Source: Spirochaetaceae bacterium
GTDB taxonomy: Bacteria; Spirochaetota; Spirochaetia; DSM-2461
DNA length: 64,000 bases
Assembly: GCA_051531975.1 (NCBI GenBank)
Contig: JAOPTT010000006.1
Location: 462,977 to 526,976 of the forward strand
Direction: 5' to 3'
The notes beneath the pieces were generated by a model. The model saw nothing but the letters and a program-made list of their open reading frames with translations. It had not been told where the DNA came from and did no database searches. The position numbers were made by a program, and so were the translations under genes. Positions 28,998-39,032 of the stretch are shown one piece after another; within the stretch, counting starts at the first letter, position 1, and every line of letters starts with the position of its first letter.

Positions 28998-29644
28998 TAG
29001 TTTATCAAAAAAAAGTCAAATCTATCTGTTATTTCCCCTTCTTTATTAACATTATATATAAATAAGTTTTCTTTTAAAGGTTTTACTCTAAGAACAAAAC
29101 TTTTTTCCACAAAACTAAGATTTAAAATGTCAAAATTCCCCTTGAAAATTGGTTCTTCTAAATATTGACCACTTAAGATTACTACTCCATTATTTTTTAA
29201 TATAGATATAGAATCTAAATTACCATCAGAAAAGTTAACTACAGAGACATTTGTATTATTATATTCTTCTATGGCATATCCAACCCACTTCCAATTTTTA
29301 TCTAAAAGAACTGAATTATGGATATCACTTTTAACCCAGCTATGAAATAACTCTATTGTAGTAACGGAATATCCTATAACTTCCCCAAATGTTAAAGCTG
29401 TAGATCCACTACTAACAGCCCTATCAGAAACTTGGGAATTATTTAAACCTAAATGAGATATAAAACCATTTTGAATTAAATAATCTAAATGATTTACTGA
29501 GGCTCTTTCTAGATTTTTTGATAAAGTAACCTTCTCAATATTATGTTTCACACGATATTCATTAATCAAAAGTAGTAATTCATTACTATAAATCAGAGAG
29601 CTATTTAATAAAAATATTAGAATTACAACTTTGGAAAACTTAAT
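28994..29644 (-). CDS. CAP (SCP-like) domain secreted protein
   Basis: INEYR, H...FISHLG, GEVIG, SWVKSDIHNSVLL. The frame extends 25 codons above the ORF-track start (29569) through a signal-peptide-like segment to ATT at 29644; start uncertain. Confidence 0.75.
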   Translation of the reverse strand: MKFSKVVILIFLLNSSLIYSNELLLLINEYRVKHNIEKVTLSKNLERASVNHLDYLIQNGFISHLGLNNSQVSDRAVSSGSTALTFGEVIGYSVTTIELFHSWVKSDIHNSVLLDKNWKWVGYAIEEYNNTNVSVVNFSDGNLDSISILKNNGVVILSGQYLEEPIFKGNFDILNLSFVEKSFVLRVKPLKENLFIYNVNKEGEITDRFDFFLINY

Positions 29645-29964
29645 TGTTTACCACCTAAAATATGAGCATGAAGGTATTCTACTTCTTGTCCGCCCTCTAC
29701 TCCATTATTAAATATAACTCTATAACCTTTTTCTAAACCTAGCTCTTTAGCAACTAAAGCTACTCTTTGTATAAATTCTCCAGTTAAAGATATATCTTGA
29801 TTCTCGAATTCACTAAATCTCTCAATCTTAACTTTTGGAATTACTAAAACATGGACAGGAGCAATTGGATTTATATCTTTAAAAGCATAAACCTTTTCAT
29901 CTTCGTATACCTTTGTTGATGGTATCTCATTTCTCAAAATTTTATCAAATATTGTATCTATCAT
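29623..29964 (-). CDS. HIT family nucleotide-binding protein (HinT-like)
   Basis: AFKDINPIAPVHVLVIPK; GQEVEYLHAHILGG (first triad His replaced by Tyr). Confidence 0.93.
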   Translation of the reverse strand: MIDTIFDKILRNEIPSTKVYEDEKVYAFKDINPIAPVHVLVIPKVKIERFSEFENQDISLTGEFIQRVALVAKELGLEKGYRVIFNNGVEGGQEVEYLHAHILGGKQLSFPKL

Positions 29965-30044
29965 ATGTCCATTATAAAAGTGTTAGAAATATTTGTACAG
30001 AGTGTATTAATTAACCATAACAATTATGTTATTATTTTTTCATT

Positions 30045-32072
30045 ATGACTGATAAAACAATGAGAAATATAGGTATAATGGCACATATTGATGCCGGAAA
30101 AACAACTACGACTGAGCGTATACTCTATTATACAGGAAAAAATCACCGTATTGGTGAAGTTGATAATGGTAATGCTACTATGGACTGGATGGAGCAAGAG
30201 CAGGATCGTGGAATTACAATAGTATCTGCTGCAACAACATGTTATTGGTTAGAACATCAAATAAATATTATTGATACTCCAGGACATGTTGACTTCACTG
30301 CAGAGGTAGAAAGGTCTTTAAGAGTATTAGATGGAGCTGTTGGAGTTTTTTGCGCTGTTGGTGGTGTAGAACCTCAATCAGAGACAGTTTGGCATCAGGC
30401 TGACAAATATAATGTTCCAAGAATAGCATATGTTAATAAAATGGACAGAATTGGGGCAGATTTTTATAATGTAATATCTGATATAAAAAATAGATTAAAA
30501 GCAACAGCTGTTCCTGTTCAAATACCAATGGGTGAAGAGTCTTCATACTGTGGTAATATTGATTTAATCACGATGGAAGAGTTAACTTGGGATTCTGAAA
30601 GTGATGGTTCAATAATTATTAGAGGACCAATAAAAGAAGAATGGATAGAGAAATCAAATGAGTGGAGAGAAAACCTACTTGATGAACTTTCTAGTTTTTC
30701 AGATGAAATGACTGAGTTATATCTTGAAGGTGAAGATGTTCCGATGGAATTAATACGAAAGGTATTAAGAGAAAATACTATAAATAGGTCAATAGTACCT
30801 GTTTTTGTTGGTTCTTCACTAAAAAATAAGGGTGTACAACCAGTTTTAGATGGTGTTATTGATTTTTTACCATCACCTGAAGAGCTTCCTCCTGTATTGG
30901 CTCATCATGTAAAAAAAGATACCGATATTGAGATTCCTAGATCAGAAAATGGTGATCTAGCAGGTCTAGTATTTAAAATACAGCAGGATAAAGATGCTGG
31001 TGCACTGTGTTTTATTAGAATTTATTCTGGAATCCTTAAAACAGGAACTGCAGTTTTTAATGTTAATAAAAAGAAGAAAGAGCGAATTGGAAGAATCTTA
31101 AGAATGAGTGCTAACTCTTCTGAGCAAATTTCTACAGTAGAAGCTGGAGATATTGCAGTTGTTGTAGGAATGAAATTTGCTCAAACAGGAGATACCATTT
31201 GTTCTGAAGGTGTACAAGTTTTACTTGAAAAAATGGATTTCCCAGAGCCTGTTATATCAGTTGCAATTGAGCCTAAAACTGTAAGTGATCAAGAAAAAAT
31301 GAATAACGCTCTTGAGAATTTAAGACGAGAGGATCCAACATTTAAAGTACATGAAGATATAGAAACAGGGCAACTTGTAATCTCAGGAATGGGTGAGCTT
31401 CACTTAGATGTTCTTGTAACGAGAGTGCTTAAAGAGTATAAAGTTGCAGCAAATGTTGGAACACCACAAGTTTCTTATCGTGAAACTATAACGGCCCCAG
31501 TTACCCATAATGAAATTTTTGAAAAGACATTAGGTGGCAAAGATAATTTTGCAGATATTACATTAAAATTAGAACCTCGAGATAGAGGAGAAGGTAATGT
31601 TTTTATATGTGATCTAAAGAAAACCGTTTTACCTGTTAATTTTCAAGAAGCTGTAAGACGTGGTGTTGAAGCAGCATTTGGAGCAGGTAGTTTAATGGGC
31701 TATCCTACTGTAGATATTAAAGTAACACTTGAAAAAGTAAATTACGACGAATTAACTGCAACTGAAAATGCATATGAAGCAGCTGGTTCTATAGGATTTG
31801 ATAGTGGATTTAGAAAAGCAAAACCTGTACTTTTAGAACCACATATGAATTTAGATGTATTATGTCCCCCTGATTATGTTGGAGATGTTATAAGTGGTCT
31901 ATCTAAAAGAGGTGGAATTGTAAGTAGTATGGAAAGCAAACCTGCTCACGAACATGTAAAAGCTCAAGCACCATTAATTAAAATGTTTGGATATACAACA
32001 ACACTTCGAAGTCAAACACAGGGCCGAGGTACCTTTGCCATGGAATTTAGCCATTATGCACCTAAAGTTTAA
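30045..32072 (+). CDS. fusA: Elongation factor G paralog (probably spirochetal EF-G2)
   Basis: [38 protein letters not shown]; stand-alone, outside the str operon. Confidence 0.95.
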   Translation: MTDKTMRNIGIMAHIDAGKTTTTERILYYTGKNHRIGEVDNGNATMDWMEQEQDRGITIVSAATTCYWLEHQINIIDTPGHVDFTAEVERSLRVLDGAVGVFCAVGGVEPQSETVWHQADKYNVPRIAYVNKMDRIGADFYNVISDIKNRLKATAVPVQIPMGEESSYCGNIDLITMEELTWDSESDGSIIIRGPIKEEWIEKSNEWRENLLDELSSFSDEMTELYLEGEDVPMELIRKVLRENTINRSIVPVFVGSSLKNKGVQPVLDGVIDFLPSPEELPPVLAHHVKKDTDIEIPRSENGDLAGLVFKIQQDKDAGALCFIRIYSGILKTGTAVFNVNKKKKERIGRILRMSANSSEQISTVEAGDIAVVVGMKFAQTGDTICSEGVQVLLEKMDFPEPVISVAIEPKTVSDQEKMNNALENLRREDPTFKVHEDIETGQLVISGMGELHLDVLVTRVLKEYKVAANVGTPQVSYRETITAPVTHNEIFEKTLGGKDNFADITLKLEPRDRGEGNVFICDLKKTVLPVNFQEAVRRGVEAAFGAGSLMGYPTVDIKVTLEKVNYDELTATENAYEAAGSIGFDSGFRKAKPVLLEPHMNLDVLCPPDYVGDVISGLSKRGGIVSSMESKPAHEHVKAQAPLIKMFGYTTTLRSQTQGRGTFAMEFSHYAPKV

Positions 32073-32891
32073 TTATAAATAAAAATCCATAAGAGTCATC
32101 ACTTGGCTCTTATAACTATTACCAAATATATTAAGGTGGTTCAGAATGTGATAGAGCTTATATAAATTCTCTCGCTTCTGCCACCCTTTTTTTAATGGAT
32201 TAATCTCGTTATAGGAATTATAGAATTCCATACTAAATCCACCAAACAGTTTAGTCATAGCAAGTTCCATCTCTCTATGACCATAATAAACAGCAGGATC
32301 AATTATAACTGGTTGGTTTTCATTATTACAAATAACATTTCCTCCCCATAAATCACCATGTATTAAACTTGGTTCCTCATGGGATCCATCTAATATATCA
32401 GGAATAAGAACTCTTAATAATTTATATTTTTCATGAATAAAACTATATGCTTTTTTGTTTAACAGAGAAACTTGATAATCTAATCTGTTTTTAATATAAA
32501 AAGTGTCCCAACATTCATCATATGAATTTATTTGTGGTGTCTCACCTATATAGTTATTTTCGTAAAAGCCAAACTTACTCGAATTATTTAGATGTAATTT
32601 ACCGATACTAATCCCTAATTTAGTCTGAAAGTCTAATTTTTGTTTTGCTTGTTTTATATATTTTAAAACAAGACAATTCTCTGTAACTTTTTTGATTTCA
32701 GGGACTAAAACATATTTACCAATCTCTTTTAATCCATTTGCTTCATTTTGTGATATTCCAACTTTTTTATATGTTTTAATAAAATAATCATTTTTCTCTG
32801 TAAGAACTCTATAACTACTACCTATACATCCACCTGAAATGGGTAGTATATTAGATATTTTTTCATTAATTAAAGATTCAAAGTTTATCAT
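32073..32891 (-). CDS. Fructosamine/ketosamine-3-kinase family protein
   Basis: ISGGCI, PSLIHGDLWGGN, IDPAVYYGHREMELAMTKLFGGF, LYHILNHLNIFG. Confidence 0.95.
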   Translation of the reverse strand: MINFESLINEKISNILPISGGCIGSSYRVLTEKNDYFIKTYKKVGISQNEANGLKEIGKYVLVPEIKKVTENCLVLKYIKQAKQKLDFQTKLGISIGKLHLNNSSKFGFYENNYIGETPQINSYDECWDTFYIKNRLDYQVSLLNKKAYSFIHEKYKLLRVLIPDILDGSHEEPSLIHGDLWGGNVICNNENQPVIIDPAVYYGHREMELAMTKLFGGFSMEFYNSYNEINPLKKGWQKRENLYKLYHILNHLNIFGNSYKSQVMTLMDFYL

Positions 32892-33354
32892 TAGATTTTA
32901 AGTACTCTAAAAGCCCTAGGCAACTCTCTTCAAGAATTGTAATTACATTATCAAAACCATCAGGGCCTCCATAATATGGATCAGGGACGTCAGTATTAGA
33001 ATAGTTTGTAGAGAAACTTGTCATCATCATTATCTTATCAGAATAATCACCATCGATATCAATATTTTTTACATCAGTAAAATTACTTTGATCCATAACA
33101 ATAATCAGATCAAAATCATTAAAATCCTTATGTACAAACCTTCTTGATAAAGAAGTGAGTTGATACCCTCTTTTATACGCATGTTGTCTCATTCTTGAAT
33201 CAGAACGCTCACCTACATGGTATGCTGATGTTCCAGCTGAATCGATATAGATATCATTTTGTAGATTATGATCTATAATAAGTTTTTTAAAAATTCCCTC
33301 TGCTGAAGGACTCCTACAAATATTACCTAGACAAACAAATACAATTTTAAACAT
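32878..33354 (-). CDS. Low-molecular-weight protein-tyrosine phosphatase
   Basis: VCLGNICRSP, DSAGT, VPDPYYG. Confidence 0.97.
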   Translation of the reverse strand: MFKIVFVCLGNICRSPSAEGIFKKLIIDHNLQNDIYIDSAGTSAYHVGERSDSRMRQHAYKRGYQLTSLSRRFVHKDFNDFDLIIVMDQSNFTDVKNIDIDGDYSDKIMMMTSFSTNYSNTDVPDPYYGGPDGFDNVITILEESCLGLLEYLKSNDKL

Positions 33355-33487
33355 ATAATCCCCTATATTTATTATTCTACATATTATTCAATAAATCTAT
33401 AATAGTATTACTAAAAGTTTATATTTTGAATATTGAAACTTAGTTTGTTAAGATGTATTTTTATTAAAACTATATTAAGGATAAAAA

Positions 33488-33769
33488 ATGCTAAAATCTA
33501 ATGAATATTTTGATGGTAAAGTTAAATCTATTGGAATGAAAACTGAAAAAGGGCCAGCCACTATCGGTGTAATGGAAAAAGGTGAATATGAATTCTCAAC
33601 TACAAAGAATGAAATTATGGATGTCATCTCTGGTAGATTAAAAGTTAAGTTACAGGGAAAAAAAGAATTTAATACAATTTTAAAAGGCAAATCATTTAAA
33701 GTTAATGAAAACACTACATTTCAAGTTATTGCTGAAGTAGAAACTGCATACATCTGTTATTATAGTTAA
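33488..33769 (+). CDS. ppnP: Pyrimidine/purine nucleoside phosphorylase (YaiE family)
   Basis: NEYFDGKVKSI, ATIGVM..GEYEFST...EIM; C-terminal YIC.Y. Confidence 0.92.
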   Translation: MLKSNEYFDGKVKSIGMKTEKGPATIGVMEKGEYEFSTTKNEIMDVISGRLKVKLQGKKEFNTILKGKSFKVNENTTFQVIAEVETAYICYYS

Positions 33770-33770
33770 T

Positions 33771-34538
33771 TTAATTGTTAATAGCGTTATATATGGAAAG
33801 TGCAACAAGATTGGCATTCTCCATATTTTTATTTTTAAAGAAAGCTTCTAGTAAATTTACTGCAAGTTCATCTTGTTCAAGATAAAATGCACAAACAGCA
33901 GACAAATATTGTAATTCCTTGGGTAACAGATGAACAACACTGGAATCCGGCTCACTATAATGTAAAAACATAAAGGCTTTATACAAAGCCCCTTGAAAGT
34001 CCTCCATAACCATTAAACAGTATGTATAATAGATATAATAATCTTCCACATCAAAATCAGAATAATCAGGATCATCAATTTTAGCAAAAATATTAATTAC
34101 TTGCTGATATTCTCTATTATTTAATTCAATTAGTGCCTGTTTATACAGTGATATTTCTTGGTTATTAGTTAATTTATTATCTCCAACTAAATTTATAATT
34201 TTATCAATAGATTTAAAAAACATATTTAAATGTTCAATGCTTGTAATTCTTCTATCAGTTAGAAAAGTTGAAATATCACTAAATCTTAGGGGCGATATAG
34301 AATAAAAAGAATCGCCTATCATTATATCTACCCAAGTTTCTCTTCCAGTTATAATTAATGAGTCTAAATATAATAAATTTCCAATTTCAGCTTTAGCATA
34401 ACCCCCAATTTGTGAATCAAACAGTTCTGCATCACCTGTAACATTTAATATTACACCTTTATCCTCTCTACAATAAATAGAAATTGAAAATGATATTAGA
34501 GATAATAGAATTAATAATCGAACAAAATGAGAGATCAT
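33771..34538 (-). CDS. Hypothetical exported protein (FecR-like N-terminus, TPR-like C-terminus)
   Basis: Signal-like N-terminus; VTGDAE...IGNLL...IITG pattern; helical repeats. Start uncertain. Confidence 0.55.
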   Translation of the reverse strand: MISHFVRLLILLSLISFSISIYCREDKGVILNVTGDAELFDSQIGGYAKAEIGNLLYLDSLIITGRETWVDIMIGDSFYSISPLRFSDISTFLTDRRITSIEHLNMFFKSIDKIINLVGDNKLTNNQEISLYKQALIELNNREYQQVINIFAKIDDPDYSDFDVEDYYIYYTYCLMVMEDFQGALYKAFMFLHYSEPDSSVVHLLPKELQYLSAVCAFYLEQDELAVNLLEAFFKNKNMENANLVALSIYNAINN

Positions 34539-34669
34539 ATAACAACAATAATACACAGAAAATGTTTTTTCAAATAAAAAGTATTAATTATTTTTAATAT
34601 ATGTTTCAATTTGTATATAATTAAATTGAAACATATGTATTAATGCCAAAAGAAAATATAGTTCATATA

Positions 34670-34699
34670 AATAAAAAGATGCCTAGGCACCTTTTTATT
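34670..34699 (-). terminator. Terminator after alaS
   Basis: Minus strand aataaaaagg-tgcc-ta-ggca-tctttttatt at the stop codon. Confidence 0.7.
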
Positions 34700-36479
34700 A
34701 TTTTAATACACCTTTTATTCTTCTAACACCAGCAGAAGATGATTGCTCTTTTTTTATTTTAAATGTTCCAAGAGAACCTGTATTTTCCATATGAGGACCA
34801 CCACATACTTCTAAACTAAAATCCCCCATCTGGTAAACTTTAACTTGCTCTCCGTACTTACTAGAGAAAAGAGCCATTGCACCTCTCTCTTTTGCTTGTT
34901 CAACAGTCATAGTTTCCATGGAAATTTTATGATTATCAGAAATTGCTTTATTAACCATATCTTCTACAGATTTTATCTGCTCTGGAGTCATTTTTTCAGG
35001 ATGACTAAAATCAAACCGTAAACGTTCAGATGTGATATTACTACCTTTTTGATTGACATGATCACCAAGAATAACTTTTAGAGCTTTATGAAGCAGATGT
35101 GTTGCAGTGTGATATTTTGTGGACATTTCAGAATCATCAGCTAATCCACCTTTAAATATTTTGTCGGCACCTTTTTTTGACATCTCTTTATGTTTTAGAA
35201 ATGCTTTATCAAAACCATCCCTATCAACTGTCATACCCTCTTCCTTAGCTAACTCTTCAGTTAATTCTAAAGGGAATCCATATGTATCAAAGAGATTAAA
35301 TGCTACCCTACCTGGGATTATCATTTTAGGGTTTCTTTTTAAGTTTGGCAGTAGTTTTGCAAATTCAGCTTCACCTTTTTTTAGTGTTAAACCAAATTTA
35401 TCCTCCTCAGCTTCGAAAACTGAGAATATAAATGATTTTTTCTCTAATAATTCAGGATACTGGTCTTTATACATTTCTATTACCATATCTGAAGGTTTAG
35501 AAATAAACTTGCCCTCTAATCCAAGTTTTTTTCCATGTCTAATTGCTCGTCTAAGTAGTCTTCTAAGAATATAACCTTGCCCTACATTAGAAGGTTGCAC
35601 ACCTTTCTCGTCTCCAATAATAAAAGTTGATGTTCTTATATGATCACAAATAATTCTAATTGACATATCAGTTTCTTCATCTGTTCCATATGTTTTTCCA
35701 CTTAGATCTTCTATTAATTTTATTAAAGGTTGGAAAAGAACAGTTTCATAGACAGATTTTTTTCCTTGTAACATAGTAATGGTTCTTTCAACACCCATTC
35801 CAGTATCAACACAAGCTCGTTCCATAGGGACAAAAGAACCATCTTCTTGCTTGTTATATTGCATAAATACGTTATTCCAAATTTCAAAATATTTACCACA
35901 ACTACAACCTGGTATACATTCACTTGAACATGCATCAATACCAGTATCAATAAACATTTCTGTATCAGGACCACAAGGACCAGTAGCTCCAGCAGGACCC
36001 CACCAGTTATCACTTTTGGGTAGTTTATATATTTTATTATCAGGTATACCTAGCTCTTTCCAATACCCTATAGATTCATCATCACAGGGTGCATCATCAT
36101 CGCCCTTAAAAACTGTTACTGATAACTTATCAATATCTATTCCAATAACATCTTTTAAGAAGTGGTAACTCATATTTATTGCTTCTTTTTTAAAATAGTC
36201 TCCTAATGACCAGTTACCTAACATCTCAAAAAAAGTTAAATGTGTAGCATCACCAACATCATCAATGTCACCTGTTCTAATACATTTTTGAACATTAGTT
36301 AATCTTTTACCTGAAGGGTGTTCTTCTCCTAAAATAAAAGGTACTAGAGGGTGCATTCCAGCAGTAGTGAAAAGAACTGTTGGATCGTTCTCTGGGATTA
36401 ATGATTTACCAGAGATCTCTTTGTGGTTGTTAGAGACAAAAAACTCAATATATTTTCTTTTTAATTCCTGTATATTCAT
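34698..36479 (-). CDS. alaS: Alanine--tRNA ligase, short form lacking the C-Ala domain
   Basis: DPTVLFTTAGM, FFEMLGNWS, DTGMGVER, HTATHLLH, EVCGGPH; ends at GVRRIK. Confidence 0.98.
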   Translation of the reverse strand: MNIQELKRKYIEFFVSNNHKEISGKSLIPENDPTVLFTTAGMHPLVPFILGEEHPSGKRLTNVQKCIRTGDIDDVGDATHLTFFEMLGNWSLGDYFKKEAINMSYHFLKDVIGIDIDKLSVTVFKGDDDAPCDDESIGYWKELGIPDNKIYKLPKSDNWWGPAGATGPCGPDTEMFIDTGIDACSSECIPGCSCGKYFEIWNNVFMQYNKQEDGSFVPMERACVDTGMGVERTITMLQGKKSVYETVLFQPLIKLIEDLSGKTYGTDEETDMSIRIICDHIRTSTFIIGDEKGVQPSNVGQGYILRRLLRRAIRHGKKLGLEGKFISKPSDMVIEMYKDQYPELLEKKSFIFSVFEAEEDKFGLTLKKGEAEFAKLLPNLKRNPKMIIPGRVAFNLFDTYGFPLELTEELAKEEGMTVDRDGFDKAFLKHKEMSKKGADKIFKGGLADDSEMSTKYHTATHLLHKALKVILGDHVNQKGSNITSERLRFDFSHPEKMTPEQIKSVEDMVNKAISDNHKISMETMTVEQAKERGAMALFSSKYGEQVKVYQMGDFSLEVCGGPHMENTGSLGTFKIKKEQSSSAGVRRIKGVLK

Positions 36480-36512
36480 GAAAAATATAATACAATAAAT
36501 AATAGTTTTTTA

Positions 36513-37634
36513 TCAATAGATCCAATCATCATCACCAAGGATTCTGAGTTCTCCAGATTCTTCTTTATTTCTAATTAAATTTATAAAATCTTTAGTCATG
36601 CGATCAGCATCACTTTTTTTAACAAGTCCAAGGATTTCCATTTCAGCTTCTACTAAAAGCCTTCGACCTTCAGACATAGCACCCCAGATTCGCCCTTGAA
36701 TATCCTTTGATTCACCTTTAATCAAAAAAACTAAATCTTGGTCTGTAATTTCTTGAATTATTTTTTGAAAATCAATAGGTTCAATATTATAAATTATATC
36801 AATCGTATATAACCTGTCTCTAATGGTTTCTCCTAAATCAGGATCAGAACTTTCAATATGTTGTAATATATTGTCTTCAGATGATCTATCCATATGTTTT
36901 AGAATATCTGCTAATGCCCCTCTACCATCTAATTCCACACTATCTGTATTTCCCATCTTAATAATTTTTTCAGTTAAACTTTCAGAAATGATACTAATTA
37001 CTTGTGGGCTTACTTGTTTTAATTTTGACATTCTTAAAACAATTTCTTTTTGTTGATCTGGTGGTAACGATTCAATTATAGGGGAAGAATATATTGGAGA
37101 TAAATGATGTAAAACTATAGTTAAGACTGAAACACTCTCTTTTCGTAATACCATCATTCTTTGAGTGAAATCTAAATCATTTAAAAATGCAAACGGTTTA
37201 TCAGCACTATCAGGAACAGCTTTATATAATAGTTCATTACCTTTATCCTGGCCAAATGCTGAAATTAAAATACTTCTAGCAGTTTCAACCCCACCTTGGT
37301 TTCTATTATATGCAGTACTATCTTTACCAAACTCTTGTAAAAGTAGATACGCCTCACTTTTACCAACTCTATCAATCTTGGTGATTTCCATTGATACTTT
37401 TTCAATTTCATTTGGTGGCAAGTGTGATATAACTTTCGAAGCTTCATCTGTACCTAAAATCAAAAGTAATTTTGCAACTTTTGTATATTTATTTTCTTCT
37501 TTTGTAGTTTTTATTAAACCTTGTTTAGGTTGTGGGGTTTTATGGATTACAGGTGTTTCTAAAGGATCAGTTTTAACTAGTGATCCTGTAGAAACTGATT
37601 TATATGCCTGAATACCTCTTTTATACTGATTCAT
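36513..37634 (-). CDS. fliG: Flagellar motor switch protein FliG paralog (FliG1-like)
   Basis: KVAKLLLILG, GGVETARSIL, PFAFL, GRGALADILKHMD. Divergent, and outside any flagellar operon. Confidence 0.85.
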   Translation of the reverse strand: MNQYKRGIQAYKSVSTGSLVKTDPLETPVIHKTPQPKQGLIKTTKEENKYTKVAKLLLILGTDEASKVISHLPPNEIEKVSMEITKIDRVGKSEAYLLLQEFGKDSTAYNRNQGGVETARSILISAFGQDKGNELLYKAVPDSADKPFAFLNDLDFTQRMMVLRKESVSVLTIVLHHLSPIYSSPIIESLPPDQQKEIVLRMSKLKQVSPQVISIISESLTEKIIKMGNTDSVELDGRGALADILKHMDRSSEDNILQHIESSDPDLGETIRDRLYTIDIIYNIEPIDFQKIIQEITDQDLVFLIKGESKDIQGRIWGAMSEGRRLLVEAEMEILGLVKKSDADRMTKDFINLIRNKEESGELRILGDDDWIY

Positions 37635-37675
37635 ATGTTATAGTACCTACTAGTTTAATTTATTTACAATAGTTA

Positions 37676-37704
37676 TTGACTAAATTACAAGATTTTAATA
37701 TAAA
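37676..37704 (+). promoter_or_regulatory. Probable tRNA-Phe promoter
   Basis: TTGACT, 17 nt spacer, TATAAA, 13 nt upstream of the tRNA. Confidence 0.5.
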
Positions 37705-37717
37705 TATATTCGTAAAT

Positions 37718-37790
37718 GCCGCTGTAGCTCAGTCGGTAGAGCAGGGGACTGAAAATCCCTGTGTCAAGAGTTCAAGTCTCTTTGGTGGCA
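37718..37790 (+). tRNA. tRNA-Phe(GAA)
   Basis: GCCGCTGTAGCTCAGTCGGTAGAGCAGGGGACTGAAAATCCCTGTGTCAAGAGTTCAAGTCTCTTTGGTGGCA; anticodon GAA; followed by TCA rather than CCA. Confidence 0.96.
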
Positions 37791-37792
37791 TC

Positions 37793-37828
37793 AAGAGTTA
37801 AAAGATCTAATCTTTTAACTCTTTTTTT
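37793..37828. terminator. Hairpin between tRNA-Phe and the convergent operon
   Basis: aagagttaaaagat-cta-atcttttaactctt followed by a T-tract on the plus strand; overlaps the stop of the convergent gene. Confidence 0.7.
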
Positions 37829-39015
37829 ATGTACTTTATAATTGCAGGAGTAAGTCTCTTAACAGTTTCTTCGATGAGTTCCCTGGAATTATCAATAGAA
37901 TAATCTTGCACTTCAACCTGAGGAACGATAGGATCTCCCATACCAACAAGTCCCATTAAAAGAGAATCAGTACCACTAGAACTACCTGAAGAATGATTTG
38001 CTGCTGCTTTTAATAGGCTAGTTAACTCACTTTCATCAGGATTAATAATTAAATCACCTTCATCATTTTTATAATTCTCAGCTTCTTGTTGTAATAAAAA
38101 ATCATCACCTGCATCAAAAGAGTCAATAATTAACTGTATAATCTGCATATCTTTAGCAAATACAAAACCCATATAAAATATAATTACTGTTAAAATAACT
38201 AAAAGAGTTGTTAATAACGACAACATAATACTATTTAAATAATCAGTAATTTGACCCTGTTCCATTATTATTCCAGTTATTGGAAGTATTAAATTATCAA
38301 TAGGTGAATATACGCCCTCTTCTATCTGCATAATAAGATAAGTATCTAATTCACTGCTTATTAGATCAGATATAATAGAATAGTCAGTAATCTTTTGTCC
38401 TTCCCTAGAAAAGAGTATAGAGTCATTTGTATAAAACAATATATCTTTTCGATTTTTAACTAACGTTAGGATTTCTCCATTGGCTGCAATATAATCAGAT
38501 TCCAAAATTCTAGATTCTTGCATCTGTAGACTACTTGTTGCTTTATTATCTATAACGATAATCCCTACAACAAATATCATTACTATTGTGACACCAATTT
38601 TCATAATTCTATCTTGGATCCAAATAGAGTCTGATTTCATCTTTTTTAAGAAACTAAAAACTCTTAAAAATCTAAGTATTCTTATTATTTTAAAGAAACG
38701 TCCAACCTTAATAATCTTAAAAACTGCAAATAGTGGTGTATTATCTAAGAAGAAAAATATTCCTGGGAGACTGGCTAAAAAGTCCACCCAACCATAACCT
38801 TTAGTTAGATATAATATAGGTTTATAGCTGATTATTCTTAATGCAAAATCAAAAACGAATATTACCGAAATAATTTTATTAGGTAATAAGACATAGGCTT
38901 TCAGAAAAGTATATTCACAAAACAGACCTATTATAGATATTATTATAAGAAAAGGATTAATTATATCTAAAATTTTTACAATATTTTTAAAATTATCTCT
39001 AGGATGTATAACCAT
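37807..39015 (-). CDS. Voltage-sensor-domain (Ion_trans S1-S4) membrane protein without a pore loop
   Basis: S2 F-x-x-D-x-x-x-R (IFVFDFALR), S3 WVDFLASLP, S4 KxxKxxRxxKxxRxxRxxR; then TM, ~105-aa soluble loop, TM, and a cytoplasmic tail. Confidence 0.8.
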   Translation of the reverse strand: MVIHPRDNFKNIVKILDIINPFLIIISIIGLFCEYTFLKAYVLLPNKIISVIFVFDFALRIISYKPILYLTKGYGWVDFLASLPGIFFFLDNTPLFAVFKIIKVGRFFKIIRILRFLRVFSFLKKMKSDSIWIQDRIMKIGVTIVMIFVVGIIVIDNKATSSLQMQESRILESDYIAANGEILTLVKNRKDILFYTNDSILFSREGQKITDYSIISDLISSELDTYLIMQIEEGVYSPIDNLILPITGIIMEQGQITDYLNSIMLSLLTTLLVILTVIIFYMGFVFAKDMQIIQLIIDSFDAGDDFLLQQEAENYKNDEGDLIINPDESELTSLLKAAANHSSGSSSGTDSLLMGLVGMGDPIVPQVEVQDYSIDNSRELIEETVKRLTPAIIKYIKKELKD

Positions 39016-39032
39016 TTGACTCTCCGCTAAAT

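Noticed and set aside
30045..32072. Stand-alone fusA as a novelty
   Set aside because: A second EF-G is established in spirochetes.
34698..36479. 593-aa AlaRS as a truncated pseudogene
   Set aside because: Catalytic and editing motifs are intact, a terminator follows the stop, and short AlaRS is known in spirochetes.
38791..38799. GYG in the VSD protein as a K+ selectivity filter
   Set aside because: It lies in the S2-S3 loop (LTKGYGWVD), before S4, and lacks the pore-helix context.
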